The notes below the pieces were generated by a model, which saw only the letters and a list, made by a program, of their open reading frames with translations, made no database searches and was not told where the DNA came from. A program made the translations under genes and the position numbers. 64,000 bases of DNA, taken from contig JBIKUK010000007.1 of assembly GCA_044347615.1 (NCBI GenBank), forward strand, positions 58,285 through 122,284, read 5' to 3'. This DNA comes from Bdellovibrionota bacterium (lineage in GTDB: Bacteria; Bdellovibrionota; UBA2428). Shown in pieces: positions 55,453-63,491 of this stretch (position 1 is the first letter of the stretch; the number at the start of each line of letters is the position of its first letter).

Positions 55453-58400
55453 TTAAAAATCATCAGGGTATTCTTCACCCAACTCTTCAGGGACATAGGA
55501 ATTTGGGTAGTCGCCACCTGTTGATGAAACTCCCCAAGTAACGACAGTCTCATCTTTTTTTAAGGCTGCGAATGCAAAAAAGCTACTTGAAATATCAATT
55601 ACGTCTGTCAATTGATTTTGAACAGATGAACTATCTCCGCCACTAATATTTAGTCCCCACGTCACGACAGTGCCATCTTGTTTTAAAGCTGCAAAAGCAT
55701 TCTGACCCATATATCCAATATTAGGTTTAGGAGTGTAAGAAACTATTTTTATGACTTGGTTTAGTTTGTCTTGAACGGCAGAACTGTCTCCACCATATTG
55801 CGAGCCCCATGTGACGACGGTACCGTCGTTTTTAAGCGCTGCAAATGCCCCTTCACTGGCAACAATGTCTTCCACATTTGTAAGTTCTGCTAAAGTAACA
55901 GACGAGGCATCACATTGATAATTTCCATCTAGATCTAGATTACCCCATGTAACGACAGTTCCATCTTTTTTGAGGGCTGCATGGCAAAATGAGTTGCTAT
56001 AAACTTTGTAAACATTTGTAAGTTCATCTTTAACATCCGAACTATCGCCACCAGTCCACCACAGACCCCAAGTGACGACTGTGCCGTCATTCTTAAGCGC
56101 TGCGAATGATGTTGCATTGGAATAAATTGTTTTAACATCTGTAAGTTGTGATTGAACTTCAGAGCTATCGCCACCGTAATCAGCGTCACCCCAAGTGACC
56201 ACCGTACCGTCGCTTTTGAGTGCAGCGAATGCGTATGAAGTGGAAAAAATTTTGGAAACATTTGTAAGTTGAGATTGTACAGCAGAGCTGTCACCGCCAG
56301 CAGTAGGGTCGCCCCATGTGACGACGGGACCTATACTAGAATTTGAAATTGCAGCAAAAGCACTGGAAGTAGAGTAAATAACCGGTACATTTGGAATTTT
56401 TTTGAGATCTACTTGAACAGCAGAATTATCTCCGCCGTAACTAGTATCTCCCCATGTGGCAACATTCCAAATGCCGTCATAGTAAGTTAATGCATAGGCT
56501 CCAGCATTTGCTTCTACATAACTATATCCGTAATTTTTACTTGAAATTGACGAGGGAATTGAGCCGCCATATAAAGTGTCACCCCACGCATTTATGTTAA
56601 GGAATCCATTACTGGGGTTTATAAAAAAACTAACAAAAGATGAATTGTTTGAAAAAATTTGCGGGAAGAATTCAAACGTTTTTCCAATTAAGTTTGAACT
56701 GTCACCACCTCGAGTAGTATCTCCCCATGATGACAATGAAAAATGTTCTAATCCATTAAATTTTTGCAAAACAAAAGCATTCCCGTTGCTGATGATTTTA
56801 TTATACGTGTTTATTGGATACTGTGATGTTTCTTGTCCAAGTCCCCAACTCAAAACTCTGCCGTCATTTTTGAGAGCATAAAAACCAAGATATCCTGGAA
56901 TAATATTCTTGATATTGCTTAAAATGAGGCTTGAGTGCCCATAATATTCAGGGTTAGCTCCCCACAAAGTATCTCCGTAGAGTATAACTTTTCCATCATT
57001 CTTAATAAAAGCTAGAGCAGCACCGTTACTAACAATTGATTTCACGTTTGTAAGATCTGCAGAAGATAACAGGTTACCGTAACCGAATCCGCTGTAAAAT
57101 GAATCTGTCGTATTTCCCCACATGACAACTGAACCGTCGGTTTTTAGAGCTGCGAATATACCATCTATAGCAGAGATAGATTTCACATTTGTAAGTTTAT
57201 CTTTCACAGCGGAGCTATCACCACCATCCTTAGGACGCCCCCAAGTGACGACTGTGCCATCGTTTTTGAGAGCGGCAAATGCAGAAGAATTGGGATATAT
57301 GTGTTTAACATTAGTGATGGTTTCTGGAATGCCTATTGTGCTTTCTTCAATCACTGGCCAGGTCACAACTGTGCCGTCATTTTTCAATGCAACAAATGTA
57401 ACACTCCCAAATTTTGTATAAATAGTTTTCACATTTGTAAGTTGATTTACAACGGCGGAGCCGTCGCCGTACATGAAAGATCCCCAAGTGACGACTGTGC
57501 CGTCGTTTTTGAGTGCGACAAATGAACCGAAATTGTCTGAATAAATACTTTTCACATTTGTAAGTTGAGCTTGTACAGCGGAGCTGTCACCACCGAAACC
57601 AGGATCACCCCATGTGACGACCTTGCCTTCTTTTGTGAGTGCCGCAAATGCTCCTGAGCCAGAACTATAAATAGTTTTCACGTTTGTAAGTTGAGCTTGT
57701 ACAGCGGAGCTATCACCACCATTTGACGGACTACCCCATGTTACGACGGATCCACTCTTTTTGATTGCGGCAAATGCTCCTCCGCTAAAAAATATATTTG
57801 TTATATCTATAAGTTGAGCTTGTACAGCGGAGCTATCACCACCATATGTTGGATTACCCCATGTTACGATAGTGTCGTCGTATTTAAGAGCTGCAAATGA
57901 AGGGCCTCCTAAGATTTTTTTTACGTTCGTTAGAGGAGTGTTTAATTTTATATAACCATTTCTTGAGAAACTTGCGCCCCATGTATTCACAGAACCATCT
58001 TCTTTAAGATGTGCGATCAAATCATCACCGCCTATAACCATTTCAAATACTTTTGATGATAAGTTGATAGTGTTCGTAAGTGAAAGTTCTGAGTTGGAAG
58101 CAGTGATGTTAAAAGTTGATCCTTCAAAAACAGTAGTAGGAGTTCCGCTAATCACACCTGTTGTTGAGTCGAATTCTAAACCATCTGGAAGCTCTGGTGA
58201 GATGGAGTAGCTTGTGGGAGTGAAGCCTGTGATGACAGGAGTGTTTTCTATGATTTCTTCGTAGACGGGGTATTCAGCATTTGGAGTAGCGTAGGTTAGG
58301 GAAGGGCAAGCGGCGTTGCTGGCAAGAGTGAGTCTTTTAAATGAAGTTGAAATAAAATTTTTAGTGCTATCAGCAATGTTTGGATTGGAAATTCTCAAAT

Positions 58401-60342
58401 TGTAAGCTTGAGCTAAGTTTGTTTGTTTAGAGGTAACACAAAGGATTTTTGTTCCGTTGTCAGTGGGGGCTTCACAGTAACCAGGAAAATCAACCAAGTT
58501 GGCATTTGGGCTAAAGTTTGTTCCGATGATAGTGACCTTATATCCACTGCAGTTGGGTTGGGTGTCAGAACCAATACTTGAAATTGAGGGAAGAGCTTTG
58601 AGGTTAACTTGAAGGTTTGTACTTGCAACGTTTGTACTTTTATTTTTAGCAACGTTAAGCACGTTTAGTTTGTAGGAAGTACGAGAGGAATGTTTTTTAA
58701 GTGTGCAATCAATTTTTGTTCCGCCATCTTTGGGCGCCTCACATGTTGCAAGACCTGTAAGAGCAGAAACTTTTGCGTCGCTACGAAAGCCTGTACCGGT
58801 AATTGTGATTTTCTCGTCTTCACATTGATTCCATCCGCAAGAAATATTGGAGGGAGAAACGGTGGTGATAGAAAGTGGAGTCAGATTAACGGTAAAGTTA
58901 TTTGTGCTGACAGAAGCGATTTGATTGAGGGAGTTGTTTTTCACAGCAAGTTTGTACGAAGCGCTTACTGATTGGGCTTTGAGTGTACAATCAATTTTTG
59001 ATCCAGTTTCGTAGGGTGCGGTACATGTCGCCAACCCAGTGAGGGCAGGAACAGTGGCGTCGCTAAGAAAACCTGTTCCATTGATTGTGATTTTTTGATC
59101 AACGCAATCGTCTATTCCACAATTTAAAGTGGATGGCTCAACGGAGGTAACTTTTGGAACTGAAAATCCAATTATTAATTTCACGGAATTAAGACTTGTC
59201 GTGTTTGCCGACTCATTTTTAACGGATAGGTTGTAAGTTTTTGCTAGACTTTGAACTTTGAGTTTGCAGGAAAATTCAGTTCCAGCAGCGTTAGGAGCAG
59301 TACAAAGAGCGAGGTCTTCAAGTCCGATGAGTTTCACATCACTCTTAAAGCCTGTTCCTTTGATTGTGATTGTTTTATCGAGACAAGCTTCGGCACCACA
59401 ATCGACAGAGGAGGGACTTACGGAAGCAACCGAAAGAGCAGTTGTTTTAATGGTTAGGACGGGGGCGTTTAAGCTAGTTTTATTTGCTGTTTTTACAGCA
59501 AGCTTGTAGCTACCGCTTGCTGATTGAGCCTTAAGAGTACAAGTGATTTGAGTTCCGGTATCGTTGGGTGCAGCACATGTGGCAAGGTCAACACCGTCAC
59601 TGCTAAGAGCAGGGACTGTTGCATCACTTTTGAAACCCGTTCCTTTGATTATGATTGTTTTTCCAACGCAATCTTCAGTGCCGCATGTAAGACTGGTAGG
59701 AGATATTGAGGTAACAGTAAAAGGAGTTAGAAAAATAGAGAAGTTAGAAGAGCTTACAGATGCGGTTTGATCTGGATTTACGTTTCTTACAGCAAGGGTG
59801 TATCTTGCACTTTTTGTTTGAGCATTGAGTGTGCAAGAAATTTGTGTTCCGGCAGCGCTGGGTGCGCCACATGTGGCAAGATCTGCAAGAGCAGGAACGG
59901 TTGCGCCAGAACGAAAGTTAGAGCCTTTAATAAGAATTACCTGGTTTAAGCAATCGTTGCTTCCGCAAGTTAGAGTTGAGGGAGAAACAGAGCTCACCTT
60001 AGGCGCAGCAAAATTTATTTTAAAGTTAGAATTACTTACAGTGCTTGCTGATCCTTCCTGTTCATTTTTGACGTTTAACGTAAAAGATCCAGCTGATGGT
60101 TGAGAAAGAAGGGTACAAGTTATTTTTTTACTTGAGACAACACTACATCCTGCAAGGTCTTTAAGAGCAGGTACATTCGCATCGTTATTAAACCCAGAAC
60201 CTGTGATCGTGATTGTTTTGTTTAAACAATTATCCACTCCACAAGAAAGTGTAGCGGGAAGTATGGAAGTAATCTTGGGAGTCGCAGCATAGACGTTGAA
60301 AATCATTAAATAAGCGAAACTACTTAAAATTTTAGAAACCAT
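55453..60342 (-). CDS. Giant secreted protein: 7 Cys-containing IPT/TIG-like domains, a He_PIG-type Ig domain and about 20 RCC1-like repeats
   Basis: Signal peptide; 7 repeats of about 94 aa (SVSP..L.CG...C....I.I.GTGF); YSISPELPDGLEFDSTTGVISGTPT; repeats AFAALKxDGTVVTWGxxxxGGDSSAVQxQLTNV. Confidence 0.88.
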   Translation of the reverse strand: MVSKILSSFAYLMIFNVYAATPKITSILPATLSCGVDNCLNKTITITGSGFNNDANVPALKDLAGCSVVSSKKITCTLLSQPSAGSFTLNVKNEQEGSASTVSNSNFKINFAAPKVSSVSPSTLTCGSNDCLNQVILIKGSNFRSGATVPALADLATCGAPSAAGTQISCTLNAQTKSARYTLAVRNVNPDQTASVSSSNFSIFLTPFTVTSISPTSLTCGTEDCVGKTIIIKGTGFKSDATVPALSSDGVDLATCAAPNDTGTQITCTLKAQSASGSYKLAVKTANKTSLNAPVLTIKTTALSVASVSPSSVDCGAEACLDKTITIKGTGFKSDVKLIGLEDLALCTAPNAAGTEFSCKLKVQSLAKTYNLSVKNESANTTSLNSVKLIIGFSVPKVTSVEPSTLNCGIDDCVDQKITINGTGFLSDATVPALTGLATCTAPYETGSKIDCTLKAQSVSASYKLAVKNNSLNQIASVSTNNFTVNLTPLSITTVSPSNISCGWNQCEDEKITITGTGFRSDAKVSALTGLATCEAPKDGGTKIDCTLKKHSSRTSYKLNVLNVAKNKSTNVASTNLQVNLKALPSISSIGSDTQPNCSGYKVTIIGTNFSPNANLVDFPGYCEAPTDNGTKILCVTSKQTNLAQAYNLRISNPNIADSTKNFISTSFKRLTLASNAACPSLTYATPNAEYPVYEEIIENTPVITGFTPTSYSISPELPDGLEFDSTTGVISGTPTTVFEGSTFNITASNSELSLTNTINLSSKVFEMVIGGDDLIAHLKEDGSVNTWGASFSRNGYIKLNTPLTNVKKILGGPSFAALKYDDTIVTWGNPTYGGDSSAVQAQLIDITNIFFSGGAFAAIKKSGSVVTWGSPSNGGDSSAVQAQLTNVKTIYSSGSGAFAALTKEGKVVTWGDPGFGGDSSAVQAQLTNVKSIYSDNFGSFVALKNDGTVVTWGSFMYGDGSAVVNQLTNVKTIYTKFGSVTFVALKNDGTVVTWPVIEESTIGIPETITNVKHIYPNSSAFAALKNDGTVVTWGRPKDGGDSSAVKDKLTNVKSISAIDGIFAALKTDGSVVMWGNTTDSFYSGFGYGNLLSSADLTNVKSIVSNGAALAFIKNDGKVILYGDTLWGANPEYYGHSSLILSNIKNIIPGYLGFYALKNDGRVLSWGLGQETSQYPINTYNKIISNGNAFVLQKFNGLEHFSLSSWGDTTRGGDSSNLIGKTFEFFPQIFSNNSSFVSFFINPSNGFLNINAWGDTLYGGSIPSSISSKNYGYSYVEANAGAYALTYYDGIWNVATWGDTSYGGDNSAVQVDLKKIPNVPVIYSTSSAFAAISNSSIGPVVTWGDPTAGGDSSAVQSQLTNVSKIFSTSYAFAALKSDGTVVTWGDADYGGDSSEVQSQLTDVKTIYSNATSFAALKNDGTVVTWGLWWTGGDSSDVKDELTNVYKVYSNSFCHAALKKDGTVVTWGNLDLDGNYQCDASSVTLAELTNVEDIVASEGAFAALKNDGTVVTWGSQYGGDSSAVQDKLNQVIKIVSYTPKPNIGYMGQNAFAALKQDGTVVTWGLNISGGDSSSVQNQLTDVIDISSSFFAFAALKKDETVVTWGVSSTGGDYPNSYVPEELGEEYPDDF
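55500..58040 (-). repeat. Intragenic RCC1-like tandem repeats (about 120-130-nt unit)
   Basis: 34-bp block TAAGTTGAGCTTGTACAGCGGAGCTRTCACCACC at 57561, 57687 and 57810 (spacing 126 and 123 nt); about 20 TWG-type motifs in the protein. Confidence 0.9.
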
Positions 60343-60434
60343 GAAAGATTTTTCGTAAGATGAAAAAATTAATAGATGAATATCTTAAGAATTTAATATG
60401 AGTTTTTGGTAAATAAACTTATTTTTAACAAAAA

Positions 60435-61673
60435 CTAGGTGTATTCGCTCGTAAACGTGCCACTCTTCATGATGGCTTCTGAGCGGCCATCGGCATGCAC
60501 TCCGTGGATCGTCATCTCGGGGCAACCAATCATAAAATCAGTATGTTGGATAGAAACGTTAAACCCAAGTTTTTTCAATTCTTCGGGACTCAAGTTGCGA
60601 TCTTCAACTCCCAAAGGATAAGCACTTCCAAAAGCCATGTGGCAAGCAGCGTTTTCATCCAAAAGAATCGAGTAAAAAGTTTTTCCACTTTGATAAATTG
60701 GAGAGCTTCCATCCACAAGAGCTATTTCTCCAAGGTACTGAGCTTGCTCGCAACTTTTGAAAAAGCCCTCGAGTGCGGCTCCACCTTTTTGTGCCGAGAA
60801 ATTTACGCACTTGCCATCTTTAAATTCAAATTCTGCACCTTCGATAATTTGATTCATCACTTCTACAGGGCGAGTCATACGAGCGCGACCTTGAGTTTTT
60901 CTCCAGTCAGGAGAGGTGAAAACTTCTTCTGTAGGAATGTTTGCTAAATAGCGAAAACCCTTAGAAGTATTGGTATGCGAGCCACCTTGCCAATGAGATT
61001 CTTGAATCAGCTCAACTTCGAGTTGAGTGCCGGGAGCTTCGAAAGTGAGTTTTTTAAATTTCTTTGCATTTAATGTATCGGCTCGTGAGATTAATTTATC
61101 AGAAAGTTTACGCCAGGTTTCTGCAGGGTTTGGAGTATCGAGACGCAAAATTTTTGAGAGGATTTTCCAAAACGCTTTTGTGGTTTCTTCTCCTTCAGGA
61201 GTTCCCATCACAAGGGCTGCCCACTTAGGAGTGGGGAGACAAGAAATTGACCATGGAATATCTCCGCGAATAATAGATTTGCGGAAGTTAGCCATGACTT
61301 CACGGCCTTTTTTATCAGTGCGAAGACTTTTTTCAGCATTTACACCACTGAAAAGATGCGGGTCGCCTTTGCCGTCAATGTGAACGCGAGCCCATGGGCT
61401 TTGTGCAGCTTCATCGTAAATTCCTTTTGCGAAAGAGGGAATAAAATCACAATTTTCGAGTGAGGTATGATCTAACCTTGAACGTTGAGCCCGCATATAT
61501 TTAGGATCAAACCACACATATTTTGCACCACGCTTGTAAGCTTCAACGGCAATGTCTTCGACATGGTCCGCAAGAGCAGCGTCGTAAGAAATATAAATAC
61601 ACTGATCTTTTTTCATTTCGATTCCAGTGCTCAAAATAAGATCAATAAATTTATCAAAATTCTCGAGTTTCAT
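60435..61673 (-). CDS. Aminopeptidase, M29 family (PepS/AmpS/aminopeptidase II)
   Basis: ANIPTEEVFTSP, YLGEIALV, LDENAACHMAFGSAY, NVSIQHTDFMIG. Start ATG 61673 (alternative 61682). Confidence 0.93.
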   Translation of the reverse strand: MKLENFDKFIDLILSTGIEMKKDQCIYISYDAALADHVEDIAVEAYKRGAKYVWFDPKYMRAQRSRLDHTSLENCDFIPSFAKGIYDEAAQSPWARVHIDGKGDPHLFSGVNAEKSLRTDKKGREVMANFRKSIIRGDIPWSISCLPTPKWAALVMGTPEGEETTKAFWKILSKILRLDTPNPAETWRKLSDKLISRADTLNAKKFKKLTFEAPGTQLEVELIQESHWQGGSHTNTSKGFRYLANIPTEEVFTSPDWRKTQGRARMTRPVEVMNQIIEGAEFEFKDGKCVNFSAQKGGAALEGFFKSCEQAQYLGEIALVDGSSPIYQSGKTFYSILLDENAACHMAFGSAYPLGVEDRNLSPEELKKLGFNVSIQHTDFMIGCPEMTIHGVHADGRSEAIMKSGTFTSEYT

Positions 61674-61697
61674 GGGGCTCATGATAATCTATAGTCG
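61674..61697. promoter_or_regulatory. Bidirectional promoter with overlapping -10 boxes
   Basis: Plus strand TGa-TAATCT (61685-90), 7 nt, ATG 61698; minus strand TATCAT (61686-81), 7 nt, ATG 61673; no SD on either side. Confidence 0.6.
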
Positions 61698-62861
61698 ATG
61701 GCACGTAAAACAATTTGGTCAGAAGTTTTTTTAAATCCCGAGCACATCGAATTAGCTGTGGCAGCCAGGGATTTTGCCCAAAAAGAAATTGAGCCACAGG
61801 CGGCTGCGATCGACAAAAATCACAAAATTCCCACCGATTTAATTCAAAAAATGGGAGATCTTGGTTTTTTGGGAATGGGCGTTCCTGCAGAGTGGGGTGG
61901 ATCAGAACTCGATACTTTAAGCTATATCAGCGTGCTCGAAGAAATTTCTGTGGCGTGTGCTTCGAGTTCGGTTTTGATGTCGGTGAACAATAGTCTTGTT
62001 TGTACTCCATTGAAAAAATTTGGAACAAAAGAACAAAAGGATAAATACCTTGGTGATTTAGCGAGGGGAAAAAGAATTGGTTGTTATTGTTTGTCAGAGC
62101 CTGGATCGGGATCAGATGCGGGTGCGATGAAAACTCGTGCGGTTAAAAAAGGAAATAAGTGGGTATTGAATGGGGTGAAAAACTTTATCACCAACGGAAA
62201 AGAAGCTTCTGTTGCGATTGTTTATACAAATTCAAATCCTGAATTAAAAAACAAAGGCATCACATGTTTTATTGTTGAGAGTAGTATGAAGGGTTACAGC
62301 GTTTCTAAGCTTGAAGAAAAATTAGGAATTCGTGGTTCAAGCACGGCTCAAATTGTTTTTGATAACGTGGAAGTTTCTGAAGAGCACAGACTTGGCGCTG
62401 AAAATGAGGGATTTAAAGTCGCAATGAATACCTTGGACTCGGGTCGTATTGGGATTGCTGCACAAGCTGTGGGGATTGCGCGTGCGTGTTTGGAAGAAGC
62501 CGCATCTTATGCTCAAGAGCGAGAAGCTTTTGGGAAGCCGATTTCTGCCCTTCAAAGTATACAAAATTACATTGCCGATATGAGCGTAAAAATAAATGCA
62601 GCTCGTTATTTGATGCGTGCAGCAGCGATGAAGCTTGATAAAGGCGAGAGTGTGACTCGCGAAGCGGCAGAAGCCAAGCTCTTTGCCTCAGAAACATGTA
62701 TGGAAGTGGCAACCAAGGGAATTCAGATTTTAGGCGGATACGGCTACACCTGTGATTACCCGATGGAACGTCATTTTAGAGATGCAAAAATCACTGAAAT
62801 CTATGAGGGCACAAGCGAAATTCAAAGGCTCGTGATCGCCAGAGAAATTTTCAAGCAATAA
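61698..62861 (+). CDS. Acyl-CoA dehydrogenase (short-chain/butyryl-CoA type)
   Basis: CLSEPGSGSDA, LNGVKNFITNG, GRIGIAAQAVG, GGYGY, IYEGTSEIQR. Confidence 0.95.
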   Translation: MARKTIWSEVFLNPEHIELAVAARDFAQKEIEPQAAAIDKNHKIPTDLIQKMGDLGFLGMGVPAEWGGSELDTLSYISVLEEISVACASSSVLMSVNNSLVCTPLKKFGTKEQKDKYLGDLARGKRIGCYCLSEPGSGSDAGAMKTRAVKKGNKWVLNGVKNFITNGKEASVAIVYTNSNPELKNKGITCFIVESSMKGYSVSKLEEKLGIRGSSTAQIVFDNVEVSEEHRLGAENEGFKVAMNTLDSGRIGIAAQAVGIARACLEEAASYAQEREAFGKPISALQSIQNYIADMSVKINAARYLMRAAAMKLDKGESVTREAAEAKLFASETCMEVATKGIQILGGYGYTCDYPMERHFRDAKITEIYEGTSEIQRLVIAREIFKQ

Positions 62862-62890
62862 AATAGGAAATATCAAAAATCAATTATTAC

Positions 62891-63403
62891 CTATTTGGGA
62901 TAACTATTAGGGAAATCTCCTCCGTAATTTTGGTTATCCCATGTAATAACGCTACTGTTTTTTAAGACAGCGGCGAATGCTCGCGAGGTTGAAGATATAC
63001 TGGTTACATTTTTGAGCAGCTCTTGAACAGCTGAACTATCTCCGCTGGAACCGCCATGCCCCCACGTAACGACTGTGCCGTTGTTTTTGATTACAGCAAA
63101 TGCATAAGTATTGCTAAAAAACGTTAGTTGTCTGCAACACTTTGAGGATTAAGAGTACAGGTAATTTTCTTGGTAGAAGCATTCACAACAACGGGTAATG
63201 TACACTCTGCAAGGTTCGTATCAACTAGAGTAGGAACTGTTGCGTCATTATTAAATCCGCTTCCTGTTATGGTCACATTTTTTCCAGCGCAATCATCGTC
63301 CCCAAAAGAAAAAGATGCTGGTGAAACAGAGAGAATCTTAGGTACTGCAGCAAAAGAATTTAGAGTTAGAAAATATCCCAAGAAACTTATTTTTTTAAAC
63401 CAT
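62891..63403 (-). pseudogene. Internally deleted, frameshifted paralog of the 1629-aa IPT/RCC1 gene
   Basis: ATG 63403 reads ATG GTT TAA, out of frame with KKISFLGYFLTLNSFAAVPKIL.. (signal peptide plus first IPT domain, stop at 63124). A second frame continues YAFAVIKNNGTVVTWG..GDSSAVQ..GGDFPNSYPK* (TAG 62893-91), matching the intact gene's C-terminal GGDYPNSY. Confidence 0.8.
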
Positions 63404-63491
63404 CTTTCGTAAGATAAAACCTGACGCTAATGTGTTTTAAATCAATTCTATGTGTTCTTTAGGTTAATTTTTGATGAGGTTTTTAGACTTG

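Noticed and set aside
57561-57843. 34-bp direct repeats with unique intervening sequence, CRISPR-like at first glance
   Set aside because: The period is 123-126 nt (multiples of 3), the repeats lie in frame inside the RCC1-like protein repeats, the intervening parts are homologous to each other, and no cas genes are present.
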